Position numbers and translations under genes: made by a program. A DNA stretch of 63,886 bases from Anolis carolinensis. Taxonomy: Eukaryota. Below, piece after piece: positions 1 through 11,199 of the stretch. The notes under the pieces were generated by a model, which did no database searches, was not told the origin of the DNA, and saw nothing but the letters and a program-made list of their open reading frames with translations. Every line of letters begins with the position of its first letter. Positions within the stretch are counted from its first letter, which is position 1. The stretch covers positions 1,250,164-1,314,049 of the forward strand of contig NW_026943824.1 of the NCBI RefSeq assembly GCF_035594765.1, written 5' to 3'.

Positions 1-321
1 CATAAACGGGCCGGCAGAACGTTGGATAAGCGAAAATGTTGGATAATAAGGAGGCATTAAGGAAAAGCCTATTAAACATCAAATTATGTTATGATTTTAC
101 AAATTAAGCATCAAAACATCATGCTTTACAACAAATGGATAGAAAAAGCAGTTCAGTACACGATCATCTTATGTAATAATTACTGTATTTATGAATTTAG
201 CACCAAAAATTTGAAATTTATTGAAAAATTGACTACAAAAACATTGACTACTAAAAAACAAACTGCATTGGATAATACAGAACCTTGGATAAGCGGAGCT
301 TGGATAAGCGAGACTCTACTG
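1..321. mobile_element. Tc1/pogo-type MITE, left-truncated by the window
   Basis: Ends TTGGATAAGCGAGACTCTACTG|TA; same family as 4120-4442. Confidence 0.8.
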
Positions 322-494
322 TATATATCAATCAGCAGGGAATGCTGGTGGAACATGGCCAGACAGTTCAAAAACTCACAGCAACCCAGTGATTCTGGCC
401 ATGAAAGCCTTCGACAACACATATTCTGATCTCTTCTGTGGATGGCAGTTTCCGTTGGTTCCCATTTCACCCATAAATCCATAAACCCTCTTAC

Positions 495-591
495 CTTCCC
501 GTCGGCAGAGGCTTTGCCGGTGCTGCCGATGTTAGCAAAGTACTGGATGACCTTCTTGGTGTTTTCAGTCTTGCCGGCTCCGGATTCTCCG
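495..591 (-). CDS. MYH16: MYH16 coding exon 5 (97 nt, P-loop)
   Basis: tctag|[32 protein letters not shown]|gtaaga. Confidence 0.95.
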
Positions 592-1119
592 CTAGACAAG
601 AGAAAGGGCGACAATGGGGTGCCAACAACTCGTATCTGACCGCAACTTTTTTTATATTTGGGTTTGTTTGGGTCCACTGATGCCGCATCAATTTCCTAAC
701 AGTGCGCAAGCGGTCGTGGAGATTTTTAAAACCCGAAATGGCTTACAGAAAGGGTAAGGAGTAATACAACAAATAAAAACACTTACGTAATCAGCATAGA
801 CTGGTTTTCACGTTCTGTTTTGGGCAGAATAAGACAAAAAGGTAGGATGTTAATACAAAATCACGTTACTCCATTTACTTTCATCTTGTAATTCAACCCC
901 ATTTTCTCAAACTTATTATTTAATCAAGTTGTAACGGTTGCAGGAGTTTTAGGGTAGCAATTAGTGTCTACTTGTATCTTTTGTCTTTTATTGTTGATTT
1001 GGTCAGTAGACTAATCAATAAACAGATCTCTCTCTCTCTACAGATTTAGGATAAACTGACCTGGGGAGCTGGCATAAGAACGTCTTTGATCATACCAAGA
1101 GCATATATATATATATATT

Positions 1120-1170
<51 letters not shown>

Positions 1171-4076
1171 GAGTATCGCTTATCCAACCTCCACTTATCC
1201 AACGTTCTGGATTATCCAACACAGTCTGCCTTTTAGTAGTCAATGTTTTCAATACATTGTGATGTTTTGGTGCTAAATTTGTAAATACAGTAATTACTAC
1301 ATAGCATTACTGCGTAATGAACTACTTTTTGGTCAAATTTGTTGTATAACATGATGCTTTGGTGCTTAATTTGTAAAATCAAAATCTATTTTGATGTTTA
1401 ATAGGCTTTTTTAAATCTCTCCTTATTATCCGACATATTGGCTTATCCAAGGTTCTGCCGGCCCGTTTATGTTGGATAAGTGAGACTCTACTGTATCTGT
1501 TTTTATTTCTGAAATTTACCACTCTCGGCTTATATTGGAGTCAATGTTTTCCCAGTTTTTTTTGTAGTAAAATTAGGTGCCCCGGCTTATATTCAGGTCG
1601 GCTTATACTCGAGTATATATGGTAATTTTATTGGTATCTTGGCTTATACTGGAGTCAATGTTTTCCCAGTTTTTGTAGTAAAATTAAGTTCCCTGGCTTC
1701 TATTCGGATTGGCTTATACTCGAGTATATATGGTAATTTTATTGGTATCTTGGCTTATACTGGAGTCAATGTTTTCCCAGTTTTTTTTGTAGTAAAATTA
1801 GGTGCCCCGGCTTCTATTTGGGTTGGCTTATATTCGAGTATATATGGTAATTTTATTGGTATCTCGGCTTATACTGGAGTTAATGTTTTCCCAGGTTTTT
1901 TTGTGGTAAAATTAGGTGCCTCGGCTTATATTTGGGTTGGCTTATACTCAAGTATTTTATATATATATATATAGAGCCAGATAGGTCTACTCACCCATGA
2001 GCATGTCGTGGTAGGCATTGTCAGAGATGGAGAAGAGGTGAGGAGGCACCTCTGTGCGCTTCCTGCCCTTGTACATGTTGGCCACGCGAGCCCCATAGAT
2101 GGGGAGCCACTTGTAGGGGTTGATGGTGACACAGAACAGCCCGGAGTAAGTCTGCAGGGAACAGAGAAAGCCCTTGGGCTCAAGCCTCTCCTCCCGTCCG
2201 CACTGCCAAAGGAGAGCATCTCAAGGCCCCCCACGATCCAGGAGACACCTTTGGACTTACATAGATCCTCATCATCACGTAGCGCTGCTTGAGATTGTCC
2301 AAGACGCTGGCTTCGTTGAGGAAGGTCATGTTGGCCATGTCGCTGATCTGGTAGAACTTGGGCGGGTTCATCTGCTGGACATCGTCCTTCTTCACCGTGA
2401 CCGTCTGCCAAGGAACAAAGCATCCGTCAATACTTGGCAATGAGGGAGATGGGGGGGGGGGGTGGTCGGGGAAGAGAAGCGATCTATGTTAATTTTTATT
2501 TATTTATTTATTTATTTTTCAAACTTATATGCCGCCACTCCCCTAGGGCTCGGAGCGGCTTACAAGAACCGGCTAAAATCAACAATTTAAAAACATCTTA
2601 AAAACATCTTTAAAAAAACATCTTAAAAAATATCTTTAAAAACATCCTAAAAGCACCTCTTAAAACATCAACAACAGAACTCAAAAGCCTGTCGAAACAG
2701 GTGTGTCTTACATGCCCTACGGAAGGCCAACAAGTCCCGCAAGGCACGAACTTCAGGTGGCAAGGAGTTCCAAAGAGATGGTGCCACTGCTGAAAAGGCT
2801 CTGCGTCTGGTTGTTGTTAGACGCAAGGTCTTAAAACTGGGGACTTCCAACAGGTCTTGGTCCTCAGAACGGAGGGATCTCTGGGGTTTGTAGGGAGATG
2901 TAGTAGCATGTTTTTATGCGTATGTCTTTGTTTGATGTTTTTATAGTTTTAATGGATTTAATCTACAGTGGTATGTATTTTATTTAGATATGTTATATCT
3001 ATATATATAAAAGAGTGATGGCATCAGGGCAGCGGACAAAACAACAAAACTACAGGCCCCCCAACCTCGAAATTTGACAACACAACCCATCATCCACGGC
3101 TCTAGATTGATACAACAAAAAGAAAAGAAAAATAAAGTCCTAATGACAGGGAGAGGAATAATAGTTTTTATCCAATTGCTGCCAGTTTGAAGGCTAAGCT
3201 CCGCCCACTTGGTCTCCTAGCAACCTCCTCAGCCCAGGGGACAGGCACAGTTAGGCCTCACTTAGGCCTCTTCCACAGATTATCAGATTTGAACTGGATT
3301 ATATGGCAGTGTAGACTCAAGGCCCTTCCACACATCTATATAACCCATTTAGAATCTTATATTATCTATTTTGAACTGGATTATCTTGACTCCACACTGC
3401 CATATAATCCACTTCAGTTTGCATACTAAACATAAAGACAACCATACAACAAACATTCAATACCACCACGACCTCAACAATTTCTCACCAACACCACCAG
3501 ACAACACCACAGCAACGCGTGGCCAGGCTCTAGATTGATACAACAAAAAGAAACGAAAAATAAAGTCCTAATTACAGGGAGAGGAATAATTGTTTTTATC
3601 CAATTGTTGCCAGTTACAAGGCTAAGTTCCACCCACTTGGTCTCCTAGCAACCCACTCAGCTCAGGGGACAGGCACAAGAGTTTGGAGAGACCCCTAAGG
3701 GCCATCCAGCCCAACCCTTTCTACTATGCAGCAGGACACAATCCAAGCATTCACAACACATGGACAACGTATAAATACTATACAATACTACACATGGACA
3801 TAGACCCCCTCTACCCTCACCACTTTCACAGAACACAAACAACCAAATGCAACTAAACATAAAGACAACCATACAGCAGACAATCAATACCACCACTACC
3901 TCAACAAGTTCTCACCAACACCACCAGACAACGCCAGAGCAACGCGTGGCCGGGCATAGCTAGTATTTTTATATATTTGTAAGGCATTGGATTTTGCCAT
4001 TTATTATGTTGTAAACCGCTTTGAGTCCCCCCAGGGGTGAGAAAAGTGGTATAGAAATGCAGTTATTATTATTATT

Positions 4077-4120
<44 letters not shown>

Positions 4121-5148
4121 AGTAGAGTCTCACTTATCCAACATAAACGGGCCAGCAGAAGCTTGGATAAGCAAATATCTTGGATAATAAGGAGGGATTA
4201 AGGAAAAGCCTATTAAACACCAAATTAGGTTATGATTTTACAAATTAAGCACCAAAACATCATGTTAGACAACAAATTTGGCAGAAAAAGTAGTTCAATA
4301 GGCAGTAATGCTATGTAGTAATGACTGTATTTACGACTTTAGCACCAAAATATCATGATATATTGAAAACATTGACTACAAAAATGGCTTGGATTATCCA
4401 GAGGCTTGGATAAGCGAGGCTTGGATAAGTGAGACTCTACTGTATTTTATTTAGGTACGTTATATATTTGTATATATTTGTAGGGCATTGAATTTTGCCA
4501 TTTATTATGTTGTAAACCGCTTTGAGTCCCCCCAGGGGTGAGAAAAGCAGTATAGAAATGCAGTTAATAATAATAATAACATTGGACATCGATCTATAGC
4601 CACTACTGACCAAGAGGTCCCGAGTTCGAAGCCAGCCCGGGTCGAATTAAGCCCCCAATCATTAATAACCTAGCTTGTTGTTGACCTAAGCAGCCCGAAA
4701 GACAGTTGCATCTGTCTAGTAGGAAATGTAGGTACCGCTTCATGCGGGGAAGCTAATTTAACTAAGATATGACACCATAAAACCTTCCAGCAGCATGTGG
4801 AAGAATGAGGACGTACTCCATCAAGGACTCGGTGTCACAAGTGGACGGTGAAGCGGCAGTTCCCCCTGCAGCTGGAATCAAGCATACACTCATATACATG
4901 CACCCACCGACATGCAACCTCCCATCCCGTCCAGTCACCTGCTTGGTCACGGTCAGCACCGTGGTGTGAGTATCGGTCTCCGACTGGATCTCTCCAGCGA
5001 GGAACCCTTCCTTGTCGTCTTTGACCCAGCACGACTTCTTGATGTCGTACGGCTTGCTGATGGCCTCGATCCGTTCCTTCTCGCTCGGAGCCAGGAACGG
5101 CATGGGGTCCACATCGTCGCCGCATTCTCCTTTGTAGCCGCCGGGCAT
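495..5148 (-). CDS. MYH16: Myosin heavy chain 16 (superfast/masticatory), 5' part; exons join(5148-4939,2404-2261,2151-1995,814-787,591-495); continues beyond left edge
   Basis: Spliced translation [21 protein letters not shown]...NPPKF...[19 protein letters not shown]...[32 protein letters not shown]. The N-terminus is the one I recall for MYH16; P-loop GESGAGKT present; all introns GT-AG with consistent phase; adjacent to SMURF1 as in mammals. Confidence 0.95.
787..814 (-). CDS. MYH16: MYH16 coding micro-exon 4 (28 nt)
   Basis: aaacag|AACGTGAAAACCAGTCTATGCTGATTAC|gtaagt encodes (E)RENQSMLI(T); not in the ORF track. Confidence 0.93.
1166..1493. mobile_element. Tc1/pogo-type MITE, opposite orientation, next to (CA)n
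   Basis: TIR-like ends GAGTAGAGTATCGCTTATCCAA ... TTGGATAAGTGAGACTCTACTG|TA. Confidence 0.8.
1524..1955. repeat. Tandem array of ~4 x ~113-bp units derived from a DNA-transposon terminus
   Basis: Repeated TCGGCTTATACTCGAGTATATATGG (Tc1/mariner-type terminus) plus GGAGTCAATGTTTTCCCAG. Confidence 0.75.
1995..2151 (-). CDS. MYH16: MYH16 coding exon 3 (157 nt)
   Basis: ctgcag|[52 protein letters not shown]|gtgagt. Confidence 0.95.
2261..2404 (-). CDS. MYH16: MYH16 coding exon 2 (144 nt)
   Basis: cag|ACG...[17 protein letters not shown]...MRIY|gtaagt. Confidence 0.95.
2500..2890 (-). mobile_element. L2 LINE 3' fragment
   Basis: ORF 2668-2850 [20 protein letters not shown]...[14 protein letters not shown] is the L2 ORF2 C-terminus, followed by 3' tail and (AAAT)n. 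Confidence 0.85.
2998..3963 (+). mobile_element. Non-autonomous Helitron-type element with internal duplications
   Basis: A|TCTATATATATAAAAG ... GC-rich subterminal ACGCGTGGCCGGGCA then CTAG|T; no TSD. Confidence 0.75.
4120..4442. mobile_element. Complete Tc1/pogo-type MITE (323 bp)
   Basis: Perfect 22-bp TIR CAGTAGAGTCTCACTTATCCAA with TA on both sides. Confidence 0.9.
4590..4915 (+). mobile_element. tRNA-derived SINE (Anolis SINE2-like)
   Basis: B-box GAGTTCGAAGCC; related copies at ~6960-7400 and ~55770-56085 on the minus strand. Confidence 0.65.
4939..5148 (-). CDS. MYH16: MYH16 first coding exon (70 codons)
   Basis: ATG at 5148-5146, MPGGYKGE...TVTKQ, donor GTGACT at 4938. Confidence 0.95.
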
Positions 5149-5781
5149 CTTGGCGTGGGTTTGGGATGCAAAGACTGGAGATCAACACGACCCACAAAGG
5201 TTCCTGGAGAATTATCCTAAGATAGTGAGAAATGTCAGAGTAAATCGCAGCGTAGCAGCAGTTGTATGTTGTCAATGAAGCCCAGAACGAAGAGACGTCA
5301 GAGACGATGGTAAAAATATGTACAAAGCTTTACTGTACAAGACAAACAGACTTGCAGACGAAAACAGGACTTGGCTTTCACTCTAGGCAGACACAACTCA
5401 GAACAGAGCAAGATCTCGACTGATGCAATCAGTAATGTACAAACACACTTGAGTCTGGACACTCCCCAGGTTCCAGCCACACATCAAGGTCAACACAGCT
5501 TCTCAGTCATTAACTCTTTACAGACTATAGTACACTCTGGATGATGCAATCAGTATGCAATACATGCCAGACATAAATTTCATTTAAACACTACCAATAC
5601 ACAAATCCCACATTAACAATACATCCACACTGTAGAATTAATGCAGTTTGACTCCACTCTAACTGCTGTGCTGTTGAGTGCTGGTGCATCACCAAGCTAC
5701 AAAGCCATAGCAAAGAGACATCTCGGCTATAGTGGTGTCAAACTGCTTTAATTACGTTTAAAATGAAAGATGAGTACCTAC

Positions 5782-5849
5782 CGCAGAGGCAAGAAGGTCT
5801 GTCCGAGAGACACCCCTGGTTTGCAAGGGTCTGGACCCTGCCTTTTATA
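5782..5849 (-). promoter_or_regulatory. MYH16: Probable MYH16 TATA box (5849-5842) and short non-coding first exon (~5818-5782)
   Basis: Minus strand TATAAAAG followed ~60 nt later by a donor GCG|GTAGGT; layout typical of sarcomeric MYH genes; TSS position inferred. Confidence 0.65.
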
Positions 5850-6134
5850 CCCTAGACGTCTGCAGCAGTCGCTTTGGCTCTCAAGAGCGCACAGGTTGGT
5901 CTAAGAAAAGCCAATGTCCCCGGGTCAGATCCCTCCGGCCGGATCGAGTGATGCCTCAGTTTCTTGGGGATTTCGTCCTCCTCCTTCTCGTCTCCTTCTA
6001 GGGCGTCTTAGGAACCGGCCTCAGGGCTCCAGGGACAGGACCGGCCGAAATAGAAGCCTCGCCTGGCAGACCTCTCTCCTACAGGCATGGGCTCGGCCCA
6101 AGCTCAGTCACCACCAGGTGAAAAGAAAGAACAC

Positions 6135-6965
6135 TTCGCCTTCTTCTCCTCCTTCTCATCCCTATTTCCCCTCTTCCTTCTCCTTTCCTTCTTCTCCTCC
6201 TGCTCTTCCGTCTTTTTTCCTTCTTCCTTTCTTCTTCTTCCTCCCCCTCTCCTTCTTCTCTTCTCCTTCTCCTCCTTCCTATCCCACTCTTCCTTCTCCC
6301 TTTCTTTTTCTTCCTCCCTCCCCTACTCATTCTTCTCTCCTCCTCATGCTCCTTATCCCACTCTTCTTCTCCTTTTCTCCTTCACCCTCTTCTTCTCCTC
6401 CTCCCTCCCTCTTTCTCTCCTCTACTTCATCCTCCCTCTCTTCCATCTTCTTTTCTCCTTCTCTTCTCCTTCCCTTCTTCTTACTCCCTCTCCTCCGTCT
6501 TATTCTTCTCTTCTTCCTCCTTCTCTTTTGTCCTCCTCTTCTTCCTTCTCCCTTTCCTCCTTTTCTCCTTCTTTCCCCCCTCCCTCTCCTGCATCTTCTT
6601 CTCTTCTCCTCCTTCTTTTTCCTTCTCTTCTCCTCCCTCCCTCTCCTCCATCTTCTTCTCTTCTCCTCCTCTTCCTTCTTTTCTTCGTTTCTTCATCCCC
6701 TCCCCTTCCTCCGTATCCCCTATTCCTTCGCCTTCTCTTCTCCCTTTCTCTTTCCCTTCTTCTTCCTCCCTCTTATTCTCCTTCTCTTCTTCCATCTCCT
6801 TCTCTTTCATCTTCTCTTCTCCTCCTCTTCCTTCTCCTTCTTTTCTTCATTTCTTCTTCCCCTCCCCTTCCTCCGTATCCCCTATTCCTTCACCTTCTCT
6901 TCTCCCTTTCTCCTTCCTCTTCTTCTTTCCTCTTCTCTATCTTCTTCTCTTCTCCTTCTGTTCTT
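6135..6965. repeat. ~830-bp polypyrimidine/polypurine low-complexity tract
   Basis: Almost exclusively C/T on the plus strand (CTT/CCT/CTC units). Confidence 0.95.
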
Positions 6966-7046
6966 TATGGTGTTGTAAAATACCTCCCACATTCTTTAGC
7001 GGTACCTAATTTCTCTACTTACAGCTCTAAGCTGTTTTCTAATGGC

Positions 7047-7356
7047 TTAGGTAAACAGTGAGCTAGGCTTGTCAGTCGGGTGCTCACCCCAACCTGGATT
7101 CAAACTATTTAGGTAAACAGTGAGCTGAGCTTGACGGTCGGGTGCTCACCCCAACCGGGTTTCAAACTATTTAGGTAAACAGTGTGATGGGCTTGACGGT
7201 CGGGTGCTCACCCCAACCCGGCTTTGAACTGTTTAGGTAAACAGTGAGCTGGGCTTGACGGTCGGGTGCTCACCCCAACCCGGCTTTGAACTGTTTAGGT
7301 AAACAGTGAGCTGGGCTTGTCAGTCAGGTGCTCACCCTGACCGGGCTTCAAACTGG
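7047..7356. repeat. 5 x 62-bp tandem repeat inside a SINE
   Basis: TTAGGTAAACAGTG starts at 7047, 7109, 7171, 7233, 7295. Confidence 0.9.
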
Positions 7357-8504
7357 CCACCTTTCAGATGGCAGATCTTACTACTTCTGGTGATTTACCA
7401 GCAGTTCTGCTCTGCCATTGTATCCAAAGCCCCCTTCTACACTGTGGAATCAATCCAGTTTGACACCATTTGAACTACGTGGCTCCATGCTTTGGAAAAA
7501 TGGGAGTTATAGTTTTATTAGGCCTTTAGCCTTCTACAGCTCCCAGGATTCCATAGCATTGAGCCACGGCAGTGAAAGTGGGGATCAAACGACAACCAGA
7601 TGCAGGCCTAAGCCTTTGATTTTTCGCACTCGGAGCTTTCCTCCACTGGGCAGCCAGCAGCCGTTCCATGCCTTGAAGAAAAGCTTTCTTCCTGTCAAGA
7701 CGTATTAGGCTCCCAATTAGCAGCACAAATTGACATTAAAAAATGGCCTTCTGGACGTTACGGGGAGGACAAGGAACAGAAGCGCGTCTTGCAATGATTA
7801 TCCTGAGCTCCAGATTGCAAGAAGAAGGAAGGCTCTGGATTTTCGCTGGATGGGAAGGCTGTGTTTTTTTTTATTAGTCACTCACTAAACCAATGCCCCA
7901 AAACGCTGACGCCTCCCTTTCGGGGCTCTGCTTCATTCCCAGCTGTTGCAAAGCAGAATCGCTTTATTCCCACTCGGCTCAGGATGGGCCGCCCGCCCCA
8001 AAGAAGGGCATGGCATTCGAGTCTATTTCCAGAGAGGAAGAAATGTAAGGTCCTAAAAGTCAGGAAAGAAATAAAAGGTCTGGGATTCTCTAAGCTATCC
8101 ATCAGGCAAGGTGGCCCCCAAATTTGACCATATTATTATTATTATTGGATGACTAGACAAGGAGGCATCTGCACGGCAGAACTGATGTGGTTTGATACCA
8201 CTTTGACTGGGAAAAGTCGTGTTTCCAAAGCCTATGGGTGCATCCATACTGGTACATTAATGCAGCGCAACACTAATTTTAACTGCCATCGCTCAAAGCT
8301 GTGGGATCTTGGGATTTTTAGTTTAGTGAGGCACCAGCACTTTTTGGCAAAACTTTCCTTGAACTCTGCTTTTTGTTAGGAAGCTGAAGACACAAACTCA
8401 GGACAAAGCTAGGACAGGAGGATGCTGCCTTTTGTGGCTCAGCAGCAAGAGTCCCACAACTTCTGATGGAAAACTCAGCCTGCCACAACCACCCTTTACT
8501 ACTT

Positions 8505-9610
8505 NNNNNNNNNNNNNNNNNNNNNNNNNNNNNNNNNNNNNNNNNNNNNNNNNNNNNNNNNNNNNNNNNNNNNNNNNNNNNNNNNNNNNNNNNNNNNNNN
8601 NNNNNNNNNNNNNNNNNNNNNNNNNNNNNNNNNNNNNNNNNNNNNNNNNNNNNNNNNNNNNNNNNNNGGAGGATGGATGGATGATGGAATCATGGATGGA
8701 TAAATGGATGGATGATGGATGGATAGATAGATGAGAGACTGATAAATGATGGAGGATAGATAGATGATGGATGGATAGATAGATACATGAATGGACAGAT
8801 AGATAATAGACTGATAGATGATGGAGGATAGATGGATGATGGATGGATGGATAGATGATGGCTGGATAGATAGATAAATAATAGACATATTGATAGATGC
8901 TGNNNNNNNNNNNNNNNNNNNNNNNNNNNNNNNNNNNNNNNNNNNNNNNNNNNNNNNNNNNNNNNNNNNNNNNNNNNNNNNNNNNNNNNNNNNNNNNNNN
9001 NNNNNNNNNNNNNNNNNNNNNNNNNNNNNNNNNNTAGATGAGAGACCGATAAATGATGGAGGATAGATAGATGATGGATGGATAGATAGATACATGAATG
9101 GATAGATAGATAATAGACAGATTGATAGATGATGGAGGATAGATGGATGATGGATGGATGGATAGATAAATGGATGGATAGATAGATAATAGACATATTG
9201 ATAGATGCTGTAGGATAGATGAATGATGGATAGATGGATGGATGGATGGATAGATAGATAGATAGATAGATGATGGAGGGTAGATGGATGATGGGTNNNN
9301 NNNNNNNNNNNNNNNNNNNNNNNNNNNNNNNNNNNNNNNNNNNNNNNNNNNNNNNNNNNNNNNNNNNNNNNNNNNNNNNNNNNNNNNNNNNNNNNNNNNN
9401 NNNNNNNNNNNNNNNNNNNNNNNNNNNNNNNNNNTCAAGATGTGGATGATGGAACCCACAGGTGCAGAATCCATGGATATGGAGGACCAACTGTACATCT
9501 TCTACCAGTCCCTTCTGTTCGTAACAAATGAACAGATTGATAGATGATGGAGGATGATGCATGGATGCATGATGGATAGATGCATGATTATCCATGGATG
9601 GATAGATGAT
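8505..9610. repeat. (GATA)/(GGAT) simple satellite with assembly gaps at 8505-8667, 8903-9033, 9297-9434
   Basis: Visible directly; N runs. Confidence 0.95.
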
Positions 9611-10120
9611 TTTTCAAGCTGTGGATGATGGAATCCACAGGTGCAGAATCCATGGTTGTACTGACTCTCCTGGGCCATGGAGTTGGTTGACCGAGCAGAC
9701 CAGGCTGCCCGAGGCTGAGCAGTCAGTGATAACCTTGCCTTTCCAAAGTTCAGTTGCATCGAAGCCAAAGACCGGCCCGGTTGTCAGGACGTGGAGCATG
9801 AAACCCCAGCAGCATTTCTCCAAAACGTAGCAGTCGAAACAAGTCAATCAATGAGGAATGAACGTCATGAGCAGACACATTTCTGGAGGTGGACAGTCCA
9901 ACTTGTCAAATAATAGAGCTGGCCCAGAAGTCAGATTTGGCGGATATGGATTGCTGACTTTACAAATTGCATAATGATGCTTATATTATTGGGAAGAATA
10001 TATATTCCAAACCTGTAGAATACCCCAGACATGAGATCACATGCTAATGGGAATTGGAGGATTTAATTGTATTGGGAAATGTATTCAAAAATCACTGACT
10101 ATACCAATTTTATAATGATA

Positions 10121-10454
10121 CTAGCTGTGCCCGGCCACGCGTTGCTGTGGCGAACTATGGTGGTATGGGAAATAAAGTATTGAGGAACTGGTGGTAGTTA
10201 AGGTAAAGGGTCCCCTGGGCTGAGTGGGTTGCTAGGAGACCAAGTGAGTGGAGCTTAGCCTTCTAACTGGCAGCAATTGGATAAAAACAATTATTTTTCT
10301 CCCTCTAATTAGGACTTTATTTTTCTTTTCTTTTTGTTGTATCAACCTAGAGGAATGGATGAGGGGTTGTGCTGTCAATTTTCGAGGTTGTGGGGTGTTT
10401 ACTTTTGTTGTTTTGTCCGCTGCCGTGATGCCATCACTCTTTTATATATATAGA
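10121..10454 (-). mobile_element. Non-autonomous Helitron-type element
   Basis: Reverse complement of the 2998-3963 termini; A|TC...CTAG|T on the minus strand. Confidence 0.75.
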
Positions 10455-11199
10455 TTGCTGAAAAAATATATAGATTTTAAAAAACCCTAAACATATAGAG
10501 CACACCAGGCATGAGATGATGCAGATAGGAACGGGAGGTGTCAGGGATTTCAATGTCTAGAGGAAATTGTGGCATTCCAGCAATTGTGTCCACCTGAAAA
10601 TTGTGTGTTATTTTCCAAAATATATCTATCTAGCGTTTGATATAGTATCTTCCACGCTATAGGAGTTGCAGAAGTGCTCTTCTGAAAGCAGCGTGAGGAG
10701 CCAGCGCTGTCAATTCCGCCTGGATTCAGCAGCCGATGATTTGAACCGAAGCGTTCTCCAGGGCAATGATGCATAATCCAGCGGCACATCATCTTGATTC
10801 CAGCTTCCAGTTCAATAAATCAGCCGGTTCGGGGAACTAGGTCACTTACTTGCCTTTAGAGAAATCGTAACGTCGTGTGCTACACACTGCTATGTACCCT
10901 CTTCACTCCGTAGGATGAAGAACAATGGTTGTTGGACTACGACACCTATCATCCTTTATCTACTGTGAATTGCAATTCAAGACAAGAAAGCTTCATCATT
11001 CCCAGCCTGAAGGTTAGAAGCATACAGTTGGAAGGGGCCCTCCAAGGGCCAGCCAATCCAACCCCCGGACACACATTAATACACCATCAAAGCACTCCCA
11101 ACAGAGAAAACGTCTGCGTTTTCGTTGAGATAGAAATCAGCTGTTTTCCCCTGTAATACACAGTAAGAGCACCTAAAGCTTCAGAGAGTTTCTGTTCAA

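Noticed and set aside
1639-1974. Repetitive hydrophobic 111-aa ORF
   Set aside because: Translation of a tandem transposon-end array within a MYH16 intron
5914-7061. Long ORFs of 354 and 324 aa
   Set aside because: Artefacts of the stop-poor C/T tract (only S/P/L/F)
8398-9595. ORFs of 200-366 aa
   Set aside because: Run through GATA/GGAT satellite and N gaps
9663-9840. KPNA7 pseudo-exon (TEQTR-like words)
   Set aside because: Similarity limited to a few residues; no convincing ARM repeat or splice sites by eye
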